Shown here piece after piece: positions 29,255-39,164 of a DNA stretch of 64,000 bases (position 1 is its first letter; each line of letters starts with the position of its first letter). Where the stretch lies: assembly GCA_965204725.1 (NCBI GenBank), contig OZ242005.1, positions 3,680,001 to 3,744,000 on the forward strand, given 5' to 3'. The DNA is from Candidatus Latescibacterota bacterium. Lineage in GTDB: Bacteria > Latescibacterota > UBA2968 > UBA8231. The position numbers were made by a program, and so were the translations under genes. The notes below the pieces were generated by a model. The model was not told the origin of the DNA, searched no databases, and saw only the letters and a program-made list of their open reading frames with translations.

Positions 29255-30411
29255 AAATCAGCGACATCAAAGCCTATCCCACTTGGGTCGGCCACCGCAA
29301 TCAGCTCATCGTCAAGGTCGAGACCGACGAAGGCATCTACGGGTGGGGGGAGTCGGGCCTATCCGGGCGCGAGTTGGCTGTAGTCGGGGCTGTGCGGCAC
29401 TACCGGGAGTTTTTGCTCGGCCGGGACCCGCGCGAGATCGGGCGGCTCTGGCAGGAGATGTACCGCGGCCAGTACTTTGAAGGCGGGCGAGTGTTGACGG
29501 CGGCGATCTCGGCGATTGACATCGCCTTGCACGACGTGGTAGGCAAGGCCCTCGGCGTACCGGTCTATCAGCTTCTGGGCGGCAAGCAGCGCGAGTGGGT
29601 GCCTTGCTTTGCGACGACCGGGGCACCGGATCTGGAGACCTTGGTCAACAACTGCAAACTGCTGTTGGACAAGGGATGGGACGTGATTCGCACGGGAATG
29701 GCCCAGCGCAAACAATACGACGACGAGCGGCTGTTTGAGCCGCGCGAGACCATCGGCATCACGGCGGCTTGGCTGACTGAAGTGCGCCAAGAAATAGGTC
29801 CCGACCCGATCTTGGGCATCGACTATCACCACCGGCTGACGGTCGCCGAGAGCGCGTCGTTCTGCCAGAAGATGCCGCCGGGGACGCTCGATTTTCTCGA
29901 AGAACCCATCCGCGACGAGTGCCCCGAAGCCTACGAATCGCTCAGGACGATGACGGATGTGCCCTTTGCCATCGGCGAGGAGTTTGCCAGCAAGTGGCAG
30001 TTTTTGCCTTACCTTGAACGGGGCATCACCCAGTTTGCGCGGCTCGACGTGTGCAATGTCGGCGGGCTGACCGAGTCGATGAAGGTCGCCAGCTTAGCCG
30101 AATCGCATTACATCGACCTGATGCCACACAACCCGCTGGGGCCGATCTGCACGGCCGCGACCGTGCATCTGGCTGCGGCCGTGCCCAACTTCGCGTGGCT
30201 CGAGCATCGCGTGACGCCGACCGAGGCGGGGAAATTCATGGACGAGGAGTTGTTCCCGGCTCAGTGCGAATTGGTGGGGTCCATGTTAAAGGTGCCCGAG
30301 GGGCCGGGGCTGGGCGTGGAGTTCAACGAAGAGCTGGCCCAAGAACAGGAGTTCAAGTTTTGGGAAGCACCGCATTTGCGCCGACGAGATGGGTCGCATA
30401 CGAACTGGTGA
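29251..30411 (+). CDS. Mandelate racemase/enolase-superfamily acid-sugar dehydratase
   Basis: TDEGIYGWGE, DIALHD, DYHHR, EEP, GEE and PHN motifs. Confidence 0.9.
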   Translation: MKISDIKAYPTWVGHRNQLIVKVETDEGIYGWGESGLSGRELAVVGAVRHYREFLLGRDPREIGRLWQEMYRGQYFEGGRVLTAAISAIDIALHDVVGKALGVPVYQLLGGKQREWVPCFATTGAPDLETLVNNCKLLLDKGWDVIRTGMAQRKQYDDERLFEPRETIGITAAWLTEVRQEIGPDPILGIDYHHRLTVAESASFCQKMPPGTLDFLEEPIRDECPEAYESLRTMTDVPFAIGEEFASKWQFLPYLERGITQFARLDVCNVGGLTESMKVASLAESHYIDLMPHNPLGPICTAATVHLAAAVPNFAWLEHRVTPTEAGKFMDEELFPAQCELVGSMLKVPEGPGLGVEFNEELAQEQEFKFWEAPHLRRRDGSHTNW

Positions 30412-30419
30412 TGACGCCG

Positions 30420-31595
30420 TCAGGAAATTATCTCACCGGCCCACAGCGACTGTAAAAACGCTTTCCAAGGCACAATGCGAATTGGGCCGACGACTCGCTC
30501 GGCCGGTTCGTTGCAAACGACAAGTGCTTTTTTTGGTATGTATTCGTCGATAAATGCGCGTAGAGGTCGAAGGGCCTTATCTTCGACTTGGCGCGTGCCC
30601 TTTACCTCAATGGCCACCTCGCCGTTGCCCAGCACAAAGTCAACCTCTAGCCCCGACTTGGTGCGCCAAAAATGGATGTCGTACTGTAATGCACTATAAG
30701 AAGTGTGTGCTCTCAATTCGCAAAAAATAAAGTGCTCAAACGCCTTGCCGAAAACTGCGCCTTGGGCGTCCTGCAAATGTCGTCTCGCAAGCACTCCGGC
30801 CACGCCCACGTCGAATAAGTAGAACTTAGATGCTCTCGAAATGACTTGGCGACTTTGCCGCCTCTTGAAAGGTGGGACCGTGCTGCCCAAAAGCGTATCG
30901 ACGAGAATCTGATAATACTCTTTCACGGTCTTGGAACTCACACCGCACTCTCGGGCGATATTGGAAAAGTTGGTCAACTCGCCGTGCGAGTATCCCATCG
31001 CCTCAAAAAATCTGGAAAATGCCGGAATATCGCGCGTCAAGCCCTCGGCAAAAACCTCTTCCTTCAGGTAATCTTGCAGATATGCGTTCAGAGAACGGCG
31101 GTACTGAACACTGGCAAAGTGATCGGGGATCAGACCGCGATTCAAGATCGTCAAAAGATCTATATCGCCGTCATTCAATTCGTCCGTCACCAACGGAAAC
31201 ATTTCGTAACGCCAAGCGCGTCCGCCGAGCAAATTAGCTCGTCCCCGCTTGAGCTTGCGCGCACTGGAACCACACAAGACAAAACGCAGCCTCTTGTTTT
31301 CGATGAGCCAATGCACTTCATCCAACAAGAGCGGCACGCGCTGCACTTCGTCCAAGAGGATCGGATGCGCCAGCAATGCTTCGGGTTGTGCGAGTAGCTG
31401 TTCGCGTAGCAGGGCTGGCCGCCGGTTGAATTCCAGCATCAAATCCGTCTTTAGAAAATCATAGACTAGGCTGTTGGGAAACGCCTGTTTGAGATAGGTG
31501 GATTTACCCGTCTTGCGCGGCCCCCACAAGAAGGCTGACTGCCGATTGGGCAAGTCCATCTCCAATCGCCGCCGATACTGAACCATTTTGAACAT
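30420..31595 (-). CDS. AAA+ ATPase (AAA_14 + DUF4143)
   Basis: GPRKTGKS, LDEVQ, CGSSA, KFYLFDVG and EVDF...EVK motifs. Confidence 0.88.
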   Translation of the reverse strand: MFKMVQYRRRLEMDLPNRQSAFLWGPRKTGKSTYLKQAFPNSLVYDFLKTDLMLEFNRRPALLREQLLAQPEALLAHPILLDEVQRVPLLLDEVHWLIENKRLRFVLCGSSARKLKRGRANLLGGRAWRYEMFPLVTDELNDGDIDLLTILNRGLIPDHFASVQYRRSLNAYLQDYLKEEVFAEGLTRDIPAFSRFFEAMGYSHGELTNFSNIARECGVSSKTVKEYYQILVDTLLGSTVPPFKRRQSRQVISRASKFYLFDVGVAGVLARRHLQDAQGAVFGKAFEHFIFCELRAHTSYSALQYDIHFWRTKSGLEVDFVLGNGEVAIEVKGTRQVEDKALRPLRAFIDEYIPKKALVVCNEPAERVVGPIRIVPWKAFLQSLWAGEIIS

Positions 31596-31687
31596 TCCTC
31601 CAAATTAGTCGAACTTTTTTGGAGTTTAGTCCAAAACGGAAAGCCTGTCAAGCTGCGACGGGCGACGCATCCCCCATGTACACGGGA

Positions 31688-32335
31688 TTAGACTCGGAGT
31701 AGTCGAGGCAACGTTGAAATGTCGTCGATAACCGCAATTTTGGCGGTCTCATTGAATTCGGTCTCGCTCGTAGCACCTGATAGTACCGCAATAAAGGGCA
31801 CCTTGGCCCGCTCGGCCGCTAGCGCATCAACTGTACTGTCGCCAACGTACAGTACGTCATCCGTATCCACTTGCATTCTAGACATGGCGGCTATCAAACC
31901 ACTAGGATGCGGCTTGTGCTCATTTACATCCTCTCCGCCTATGATGACGCGAAAGCGATCCAATAGCCCTTCCCTTGCTAGAATCTCCTCAATTCTATAG
32001 CGAAATTTCGTTGACACGATTCCCAGTTCAAAACCCATTTCGCTCAATCGCCTAGTTGTCGCGGGGACGCTGTCAAACACAAGCGTTAGCTCAGCCATAA
32101 CCTGATCGGCGCGTTCAACAAAGCTGCTTATGAACAAGCTGACATCCTGACTCTTTGTTTGCTTGGTCAGACGTAGAAAGGTGTCCTCTAAGGACAGGCC
32201 GATGGTCCGCTTAATCTGCTCGTCATCCGCGTGGGGCAGCCCCAACCTTTCCAGCGCAAAATTGACACACTCAATGGTGCCCTTTGTTGGGTCTGCTAGC
32301 GTAAGGTCGAAGTCAAAGATGATCGCCCGAGCCAT
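31688..32335 (-). CDS. HAD family hydrolase (phosphoglycolate-phosphatase-like)
   Basis: FDFDLTL, VSTK, KPHP and YVGDS motifs; lower GC than neighbours. Confidence 0.88.
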   Translation of the reverse strand: MARAIIFDFDLTLADPTKGTIECVNFALERLGLPHADDEQIKRTIGLSLEDTFLRLTKQTKSQDVSLFISSFVERADQVMAELTLVFDSVPATTRRLSEMGFELGIVSTKFRYRIEEILAREGLLDRFRVIIGGEDVNEHKPHPSGLIAAMSRMQVDTDDVLYVGDSTVDALAAERAKVPFIAVLSGATSETEFNETAKIAVIDDISTLPRLLRV

Positions 32336-32351
32336 AGTCCCCTTGTCGCGG

Positions 32352-32768
32352 TCAATCGCATAGATGAGCCGACGCCAACACCATCCCGTCGCGCAATGCC
32401 TGTCGCACAAAGGCATTGCCCGCCGCCAGCAACGCCGCCAGTTCCTCTCGCGTGTACGCCACTACATCGACACCCACGCCCACACCCTCTGGTCGATAGC
32501 GCACCGCCCGATCCAAAAACGGCTCGGCGCTGTGGCTCACCACGATTAGCAGATCGGCATCGCTACCCGGCACCGCATCTCCTCGCGCCAGCGAGCCGAA
32601 CAACACGATCTGCTCGATCTCGGGGTGCTGCTCAATCAGTGCCTGAGCAGCGCTCTTGAGACGCTCTATGAGGTGGGGGCGGTCCAGCCAGAACACCTTC
32701 ACAGAAGCTGATGACTTGGCCGGCGTGGCCAAGCGCACACCCTGCCTCATCGTGGGTGTAATACTCAT
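32352..32768 (-). CDS. Minimal nucleotidyltransferase (MNT antitoxin); start uncertain
   Basis: LFGSLARG...SDADL motif; overlaps the HEPN gene. Confidence 0.85.
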   Translation of the reverse strand: MSITPTMRQGVRLATPAKSSASVKVFWLDRPHLIERLKSAAQALIEQHPEIEQIVLFGSLARGDAVPGSDADLLIVVSHSAEPFLDRAVRYRPEGVGVGVDVVAYTREELAALLAAGNAFVRQALRDGMVLASAHLCD

Positions 32769-33072
32769 AGGGTGCTCCTTGTGGATGCGAATTGGGGTAG
32801 CGAGCAGGGATATAGTGTTTGTCCAACGCTTTGGCGGCATCCAGCAGCCGCTGATCGGGCTTGAGCGACTCGGGCAAAGACTCTAGCAAGGCCGTAACAG
32901 AATATCCCCAAGCCGCGCCGCCCGTCTTCTCGACAACCGCCTTGACTGCTTTTTCCGCGCCTTGTTGGGCGGCAAAGCAAGCCCACTCATAGTCCCCAGC
33001 GTTGAGCGAGCGGCGTCCGTGGTCCAAGTCTCGCCGGCCCTGTTTTAGCCAGTCGGCGTATCGGCTAGCCAT
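32632..33072 (-). CDS. HEPN domain protein (HEPN-MNT pair)
   Basis: YEWACFAAQQGAEKAVKA and YIPARYP motifs. Confidence 0.88.
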   Translation of the reverse strand: MASRYADWLKQGRRDLDHGRRSLNAGDYEWACFAAQQGAEKAVKAVVEKTGGAAWGYSVTALLESLPESLKPDQRLLDAAKALDKHYIPARYPNSHPQGAPYEYYTHDEAGCALGHAGQVISFCEGVLAGPPPPHRASQERCSGTD

Positions 33073-33080
33073 GGCTATTC

Positions 33081-34154
33081 TTAGAACACCGGAATGAACT
33101 TATGGCACACGGGCGACGACACTTCCGCTTTGTGTCCGGTGGGCGTGAGCTTGCCGGTGGCTGGATCGATGCGGAAGGTGAAGATGTCGTTGGTGCTGTG
33201 GTTGCCGACGATTAGGTACGTGCCCGTAGGGTCGAGGCCAAAGTTGCGCGGGTTGGCTCCGCCGGTCGGCGCGATCTCGACGAGTGCGAGTTGGCCGGAG
33301 TCTGGGTCGATGGCATAGACGGCAATGGAGTCGTGACCGCGATTGGACCCGTAGAGGAAGCGGCCGTTGGGATGGACGTGAACGTCCGCGGTGTGGCTGA
33401 CCTCGGTATAGCCAGCGGGCAGCGTCGAGATGGTCTGAGTGGTGGTGAGTGTGCCAGCGTCGGCGTCGTAGTCGAAGGCCGTGATGGTGTTGCTCAGTTC
33501 GTTGATGACGTAAGCCCGTTGGCCGTCGGGGTGAAAGGCGAGGTGGCGCGGACCACTGCCGGGGGCTATTGCCGCGGGCGTCTGGGCGCCGAGCGTCCCC
33601 TTGTCGTGGTCAATCGCATAGACGAGCACCTTATCGATGCCCAAGTCTGGGGCCAAGGCGTGTTTGTTGTTGGGGGACACCATAATCGAATGGGCGTGTG
33701 GCCCCTCTTGGCGGCTTGGGTTGACCGAAGACCCCTCGTGTTGGACGAAGTCCGTGGCCGCGCCGAGCGAGCCGTCTTCGCGGATTGGCAAAATGGCGAC
33801 GCTGCCGCCGCCGTAGTTGGCTACCAGCGCGTACTGGCCCTCGCGGTCAATGCTGATGTGGCAAGGGCCGGCACCAACGGTTGATTCGGTGTTGATGTGG
33901 GTCAGGGCACCGCTCTGCTGGTCAATAGCAAAGGCCGCTACCGCGCCGCCGGGCCGGTCGCCGACCTCGCTGGTCTCGCCGATGGCGTAGAGGAAGCGGC
34001 GGTTGGGAGCGATGTCGAGGAAAGAAGGATTGTCAATGCCGCCAATGCTGCTTTGGTGCGCGAGCGCACCCGTGGCCATGTCGAGGCGATAGACGTGGAT
34101 GCCGTCCTCGTCGCCCTTGGAATAGGTGCCGATATAGACGAGATAGTCGCTCAT
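33081..34154 (-). CDS. Lactonase, 7-bladed beta-propeller (6-phosphogluconolactonase/Pgl-like)
   Basis: YIGTY, ANYGGG, GPHAH, GPRH, SNRGHDS and NPRNF motifs; AAGGAG RBS before ATG 34154 (alternative starts up to 34235). Confidence 0.9.
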   Translation of the reverse strand: MSDYLVYIGTYSKGDEDGIHVYRLDMATGALAHQSSIGGIDNPSFLDIAPNRRFLYAIGETSEVGDRPGGAVAAFAIDQQSGALTHINTESTVGAGPCHISIDREGQYALVANYGGGSVAILPIREDGSLGAATDFVQHEGSSVNPSRQEGPHAHSIMVSPNNKHALAPDLGIDKVLVYAIDHDKGTLGAQTPAAIAPGSGPRHLAFHPDGQRAYVINELSNTITAFDYDADAGTLTTTQTISTLPAGYTEVSHTADVHVHPNGRFLYGSNRGHDSIAVYAIDPDSGQLALVEIAPTGGANPRNFGLDPTGTYLIVGNHSTNDIFTFRIDPATGKLTPTGHKAEVSSPVCHKFIPVF

Positions 34155-34236
34155 GGTAGAACTCCTTTGCGTTGTGAAAGCGATGGAAGGGAAGAAGAGA
34201 AGAATGGGAAGAATCCATTTCATAAAACGTCTCATT

Positions 34237-34533
34237 TCATTGGCCGCTAGACACCCGAACCCCAGCGTACTCCGGCACAGCTTTAACGACGAGTAGGGCG
34301 ATGGCGTCGCAAGCGTCTGGGTGTGCGACCACGGCGTCGGCAGAACTGGGTTGGGGAATCTTCATGTCTGAATAGGCCATGCCCTCGATGTGAAGGGTTA
34401 GGGCTTCGGCGGCCATTGCCCGGGCCTCCTCCAAGGTGCCGCCAGCGGTGATACAGCCGGGAAGGTCGGGGAAACTCACGCCGTAGTCGCTGTTCGGCTC
34501 CTTGTGAATTAAGCCGATGTACGTTCTCTCCAT
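34237..34533 (-). CDS. hicB: HicB family antitoxin
   Basis: YGVSFPDLPGCITAGGTLEEA motif. Confidence 0.9.
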   Translation of the reverse strand: MERTYIGLIHKEPNSDYGVSFPDLPGCITAGGTLEEARAMAAEALTLHIEGMAYSDMKIPQPSSADAVVAHPDACDAIALLVVKAVPEYAGVRVSSGQ

Positions 34534-34542
34534 AAGGTCTCC

Positions 34543-34731
34543 TTACCGTAGTTTAAGCCCAGATTGTCTTTCGATACTCCGTAGCGTACCGGCTGGAAGA
34601 TCTCGCCGCGGATGCGGAACGGTCACCAAACCGCGCTTTGCGGGGTGTTTCAGATGGTAATGCGATCCACGAATGCGATCTATTTCCCAGCCATCAGCCC
34701 TTAGTCGCCTCAAAACGGTCTGGCTGTCCAT
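34543..34731 (-). CDS. hicA: HicA family toxin
   Basis: DGW...RGSH...VTVPHP...GTLRSI; 62 aa from MDSQTV. Confidence 0.9.
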   Translation of the reverse strand: MDSQTVLRRLRADGWEIDRIRGSHYHLKHPAKRGLVTVPHPRRDLPAGTLRSIERQSGLKLR

Positions 34732-34745
34732 TGATGTGGGCCGCG

Positions 34746-37100
34746 CTAATAGACGACGGAAACGACACCTGTGCGCGTGTCGCGGCCCGACTCGGCTCCT
34801 AGATCGAGGCGGTAGAGATACATGCCCGGCGCGACCAGAGTGCCCGACTCGTCGCGGCCCGTCCAAGTGAAGCGATGGCCCGTTGCGGTCGGCGTGGATT
34901 CGATCGCGGCAACTTGGCGGCCCGCTAGGTCGTAGAGCGCGAGCGTGGGAGTGGCCGCGGCTAGCTTGAAGACCACAAAGCGCATGTCGAGCGCGTCGTT
35001 GACGCCATCGCCGTTGGGCGTAATCGCGGGCGAGGCCAGTTCCAGCGCGTCGATGAGTTGGCCGCGTGCTGCGAGTTCGGGCAGCATTACTACTTGAGCA
35101 CGGCGCTCGGCTGGAACGACCGACTGCCAGAGGCCGGGCCGCTCGCTCAGCCCGAGGTCGAGGGAAAAAACCGTGGCGTTGTGCAAAACCCGCGTGGTAA
35201 AACCCACCCGAATTGAGTCCGCGGTCACAGTGCGCGGCAGGGCGACCAGCAGCGAGTCGCCGCGCTGGTCAACGCGGGCTGGCGCGACCGACTCGGGGCC
35301 AATGTGTAATTCGAGACCCTCAGCGTCAATCCGACCCGGCACAATAAAGCGCAACAGGTCGAAACCCGAGTCCCCAGCCGTCATCTGCGGCCAAAGCGTA
35401 TAGGTGAAACGAGTGTCCTCGTTGGGGACGGCTTGGCGCGGCTCAATGCGGCCGGCCGCGCCCTGCAACAGCGCGTCCTCAAACTCGACCGCGAGCGAAT
35501 GGACCACCGGCGCCACGCTGGGGTCCTCTGTGGAGAGAATCATCTCCAGCAGGATAAAGCGGCGCGGGCTTTCCGACAGGAATGCCTCGCCCGAGAACTG
35601 ATAGACGTTGCTCCATTCTCCCCAATCCTCGCCCACCACGAGGGTCGTATCGACGGGGCCGCGCAGCACCTTGGGCGAACTCTTCCACTTCTCCTCGGTG
35701 ACCTGTTCGCCGATCTTGTTGTAAAACGTATAGACCGGCTCTAGCGCATTGCCCGAGCGCGAACGCAGTTGCAGGCGGGTGCCCGCGGCTAGCTCGGCGT
35801 CCCAAGAGAGGTTTTTGATGACTTTCGGGCGGCCATCGCCCGCGAGTTGGCCCAAGTCCACGAAATCCGAGTGCAAGACAACTTCGGCGGGATAGCCCGG
35901 AGAGAACAGCATGAACTCGGCCCACTTGACGATACCCCAGCCGGTGTCGCGGATGCCGTGCCAGAAGAAGTAGCGCATCTTGCGCGGCTTGAACATGTAG
36001 CGAATGTAGAGCAGGCGGTCGGCGTTGGGATCGATGTGGGTCAGCAGCTCTGTGTAGTCAAACGCATCGGGCACGGGCAGGTTGGAACTGAGGCTGCGGG
36101 AGCCATCGGAGTAGAGCACTGTATGGCCCGGGCCAGTGCCATTGATCGAGAAGCCCACCAAGCCCTCGTCGGGCCGAAAGGAATAGAGAAAGAATTCATC
36201 GACGAAGAACACCGCCCCCAGATCCACTCCGAACCACACCCCACCCTCCTTCCAGCCGAGGCTGCCATAGGAAGAGCCGATTAGGTTGTTGGTGTTCATG
36301 TCGGCGTCGAAGAGGTTTTGCGGATCGACCGAATTGATCCCGTTGACAAAGCGCCCCCGCTGCATGGTGCCAATGCTGAGGTTGTCGCCGATGGCGCGGA
36401 CCTCGATTTCGGCCAAGGCCGCGCCCGGGGATTTCTCTTCGACCTCAATGCGGATGCGCTGGATCACCCTATAGTTGTTTTTGGTCTCCGGGTCGCCATC
36501 CAAGTCCGCGTCGAGCTGAAGGACGGTATCGCGGGCGGCGAACCCGAGGGGGATGACGATTTCGCTGGCTGCGTTGGGCTGGGTCGTGCGGAAGAGCGGG
36601 TCTAGCAGCACTAAGTCGTCTTGGACCGAGATGCGGGTCCCCGGGCTGCCGTACACGGTAAACTGGCGGAAGGGACGCACGTCCTCCGCGTCGGGAAAGA
36701 CGAGGCGGATCTCCCGGGCCAGCACGGCCCGGCCCAAGTCTATTTCAATGGCCCAGTCTTCGATGGCATCGGCTGGGTCTGGACGCCAGAAGGTCTGGAC
36801 ATCCCCGTCGATGATGTGGTCGGCATCGGCTGGATTGGAGGCCGCCTCCCAGATGCCGCCGGCAACGCGCCCGCGCCTCTTGCTTTCGTAGGAGAATCGA
36901 TGGGCATCAGCGACCGCGTTGATGTCCTTGCGGAACTTGACGAGTTGTAGCTGGCCGTTTTCGCCCACCTCGGTCAGGCCGAAGGGCGTCTGCCAAGTCG
37001 CCCAAGCATCTCGCCCTTGGAAGGTCAGGGTTTCGCTGTTAGCGGCCATGACGGCCAACGCGACGCAGACGAGCGGCAAAAGAAATCGCATCGTTCCCAC
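34746..37100 (-). CDS. Secreted protein with discoidin-like regions and a C-terminal FlgD Ig-like domain
   Basis: Signal peptide; IDGD...FW and IDLGR motifs; TPNGDGVND...WTGRD...PGMYLY tail. Confidence 0.7.
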   Translation of the reverse strand: MGTMRFLLPLVCVALAVMAANSETLTFQGRDAWATWQTPFGLTEVGENGQLQLVKFRKDINAVADAHRFSYESKRRGRVAGGIWEAASNPADADHIIDGDVQTFWRPDPADAIEDWAIEIDLGRAVLAREIRLVFPDAEDVRPFRQFTVYGSPGTRISVQDDLVLLDPLFRTTQPNAASEIVIPLGFAARDTVLQLDADLDGDPETKNNYRVIQRIRIEVEEKSPGAALAEIEVRAIGDNLSIGTMQRGRFVNGINSVDPQNLFDADMNTNNLIGSSYGSLGWKEGGVWFGVDLGAVFFVDEFFLYSFRPDEGLVGFSINGTGPGHTVLYSDGSRSLSSNLPVPDAFDYTELLTHIDPNADRLLYIRYMFKPRKMRYFFWHGIRDTGWGIVKWAEFMLFSPGYPAEVVLHSDFVDLGQLAGDGRPKVIKNLSWDAELAAGTRLQLRSRSGNALEPVYTFYNKIGEQVTEEKWKSSPKVLRGPVDTTLVVGEDWGEWSNVYQFSGEAFLSESPRRFILLEMILSTEDPSVAPVVHSLAVEFEDALLQGAAGRIEPRQAVPNEDTRFTYTLWPQMTAGDSGFDLLRFIVPGRIDAEGLELHIGPESVAPARVDQRGDSLLVALPRTVTADSIRVGFTTRVLHNATVFSLDLGLSERPGLWQSVVPAERRAQVVMLPELAARGQLIDALELASPAITPNGDGVNDALDMRFVVFKLAAATPTLALYDLAGRQVAAIESTPTATGHRFTWTGRDESGTLVAPGMYLYRLDLGAESGRDTRTGVVSVVY

Positions 37101-37102
37101 CC

Positions 37103-39154
37103 TCAGTACGCGATGCCCAATGGGCGGAGCAAGGCGGCAGTGCGGAGCTCGGATTGCAGGGCTACGGAGAGTAAGTACACGCCCGGCGGCAGGGCTTGGC
37201 CTTCTGAGTCGCGTCCGTCCCAGCGCGCCATTTGCGGCCCGGCCGTTTGCAAGCCTTGGGGCACGGTCGCCATGCGGCGTCCGTCGAGCGCATAGACCAC
37301 CAATTCGATGGGCACTTGTTCCGGCAGGCCATAGAGGGCATAGGCCACGCGGAGCTCGTCGTGAACGCCGTCGCCATTGGGCGTCAACACGGGCGTTGAA
37401 AAGCGCAGGTTTTGCAGCAGGGCCGGTTGCTGATCCGAAAAACTGAGGACGCGCAGGCTATTGGTGGAGAGCATTTCGCTCGCGTCGCCCGCGACGATGG
37501 GTTGGGGCAAGGTCTCGGCCTGTGAATCGGTGACAGTGCCCAAGAACGTGGTGGCTAGTTCAAAAACCTCCGCTGCAAAGACGATGCGCAACGGCGCGTT
37601 GTTGGCGCGCGTGACGCGCTCCGGCAGGATCACCGTTAGCCCGTCGTCCTCCTCGCGGACGGTGGCTGGGTCGGCTGCTTGGCCGCTGACGAGCAGCTCT
37701 TTGAACGCGGGCCGGGCCCCGGTGTGGATATGCACTTGGTCGAAGCCGCGCTGATTCCCCCCTGAGAAGGAGGCCGACAGGTCGTACGCAAACTCGACCA
37801 TTTCGCCCAAGGCGACCTCCCCGAAGCCGAGCACGGGCTGCGGGTCGGCGAGCGGGGCCACTTCGCCGAGAACGCGCGCCGCCAACAGCGGTGCCCGCTC
37901 GACCCACAGCGAGTCCAAACGCACAAAATCCTCAAAGCGGGTGCTGTGAAAAGTGATGAATACTTGGATGAAGGAGCCGCTTTGGAGGTTGAGCGGCAGG
38001 CCCGACTGGGTCGTGGGCGTTGACCAGAAGGTCCAGTTATCGCTGTCGTAGGTGACTCCGGCGCGCATTCCGGGCCGGGGGCTGCGCTGGACGAAGTCGC
38101 AGGAGGCGCATGTGCGGGCGAACCCCGTGCGGAGGTCGGTCTCGTAGCGGGCGCGGGAGACGACCTTCTCCTTGCCGGTTACTGTGTATTCGTGATAAAT
38201 GTTCGGGTCGTCGTCGCGGCCCGTGCGAACCTCAACCTCGACGAAGGCCCGGGCATCGGGTGCTTCAACGGCCTCGCCAGCGACAACGCGCATTGGCGTG
38301 GCAGCAAAGAACAAGCGGCCAAAGTTTTGCTCGGCTCCGAGGTCGATGATCTTGGAGCGGTACGTAGCTCGCTTGGGAAAGCCCTTGCCATAGACCTCGA
38401 ACTCGCTGATGGTGCCCAAGAGCGAGCGGGCCTGATTGCCTTGGCCGCCGGCCGTGCCGCTAACGCGGGTCAGGGCCGTTTCGTCGATGATGGAAAATTT
38501 GCGGGCCCAGCGGAAGAAGCGCACGTATTGCTGGTCGAAACCAATATGCACGTCGGGCGCGAAGTTTTCGGTGGGCGCGGCGACGATCCGGGCGAGGGGC
38601 TGCGGCCCTTTGACGGCGAAAATCTCGCTGTTTTCCTCTTGGATTGAGACTTGGAAAGCCGGCGTCGAATCCGTGGGCAGCGGCGTACCGTCGGAGCGGA
38701 AGCCGCTCGAAGGGGTGTGGAAGCCGAAGGTGTGCGCCGGCATGGGCACGGCTAAGTCGATGGTGAAAAACTGCTTGTCAATGCCCTCGGCCTTGGAGGA
38801 GTTGTACGTGGTGCTGTCTGCATCGATGAGGGCGACGCCGTTTTCGGTGGGGTCGCCGTTGCCCTCGTTCCACTTCCAGATTCGGGGGCGCTCGCCGTCG
38901 ATATAGCCCAGCTCTTTGGGCTGGCGAAAGGTCGTCCAGTTATCGAGCAGGGAAATGATGTTGACGCCCGGCTCGACGCGCACCGGCTGGATGGCACCTG
39001 GGACGCGCTCAAAGTCGATCATAATGCTGACCGTGTCTTGGCCGGCCCAAGGCTGGCTGCCGCCGAGTTGCCAAGTCGTCACCTCAGCTTTTAGGGCTAT
39101 GGGTGCCAGAAGCCCGATACTAACGGCAAGCCCGAAGCTGCGAATGCTCGGCAT
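37103..39154 (-). CDS. Secreted protein with a C-terminal FlgD Ig-like domain (distant paralog of the neighbour)
   Basis: Signal peptide; SKIIDLG motif; TPNGDGVHD...WDGRD...PGVYL tail. Confidence 0.7.
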   Translation of the reverse strand: MPSIRSFGLAVSIGLLAPIALKAEVTTWQLGGSQPWAGQDTVSIMIDFERVPGAIQPVRVEPGVNIISLLDNWTTFRQPKELGYIDGERPRIWKWNEGNGDPTENGVALIDADSTTYNSSKAEGIDKQFFTIDLAVPMPAHTFGFHTPSSGFRSDGTPLPTDSTPAFQVSIQEENSEIFAVKGPQPLARIVAAPTENFAPDVHIGFDQQYVRFFRWARKFSIIDETALTRVSGTAGGQGNQARSLLGTISEFEVYGKGFPKRATYRSKIIDLGAEQNFGRLFFAATPMRVVAGEAVEAPDARAFVEVEVRTGRDDDPNIYHEYTVTGKEKVVSRARYETDLRTGFARTCASCDFVQRSPRPGMRAGVTYDSDNWTFWSTPTTQSGLPLNLQSGSFIQVFITFHSTRFEDFVRLDSLWVERAPLLAARVLGEVAPLADPQPVLGFGEVALGEMVEFAYDLSASFSGGNQRGFDQVHIHTGARPAFKELLVSGQAADPATVREEDDGLTVILPERVTRANNAPLRIVFAAEVFELATTFLGTVTDSQAETLPQPIVAGDASEMLSTNSLRVLSFSDQQPALLQNLRFSTPVLTPNGDGVHDELRVAYALYGLPEQVPIELVVYALDGRRMATVPQGLQTAGPQMARWDGRDSEGQALPPGVYLLSVALQSELRTAALLRPLGIAY

Positions 39155-39164
39155 GTCGTGTCTC

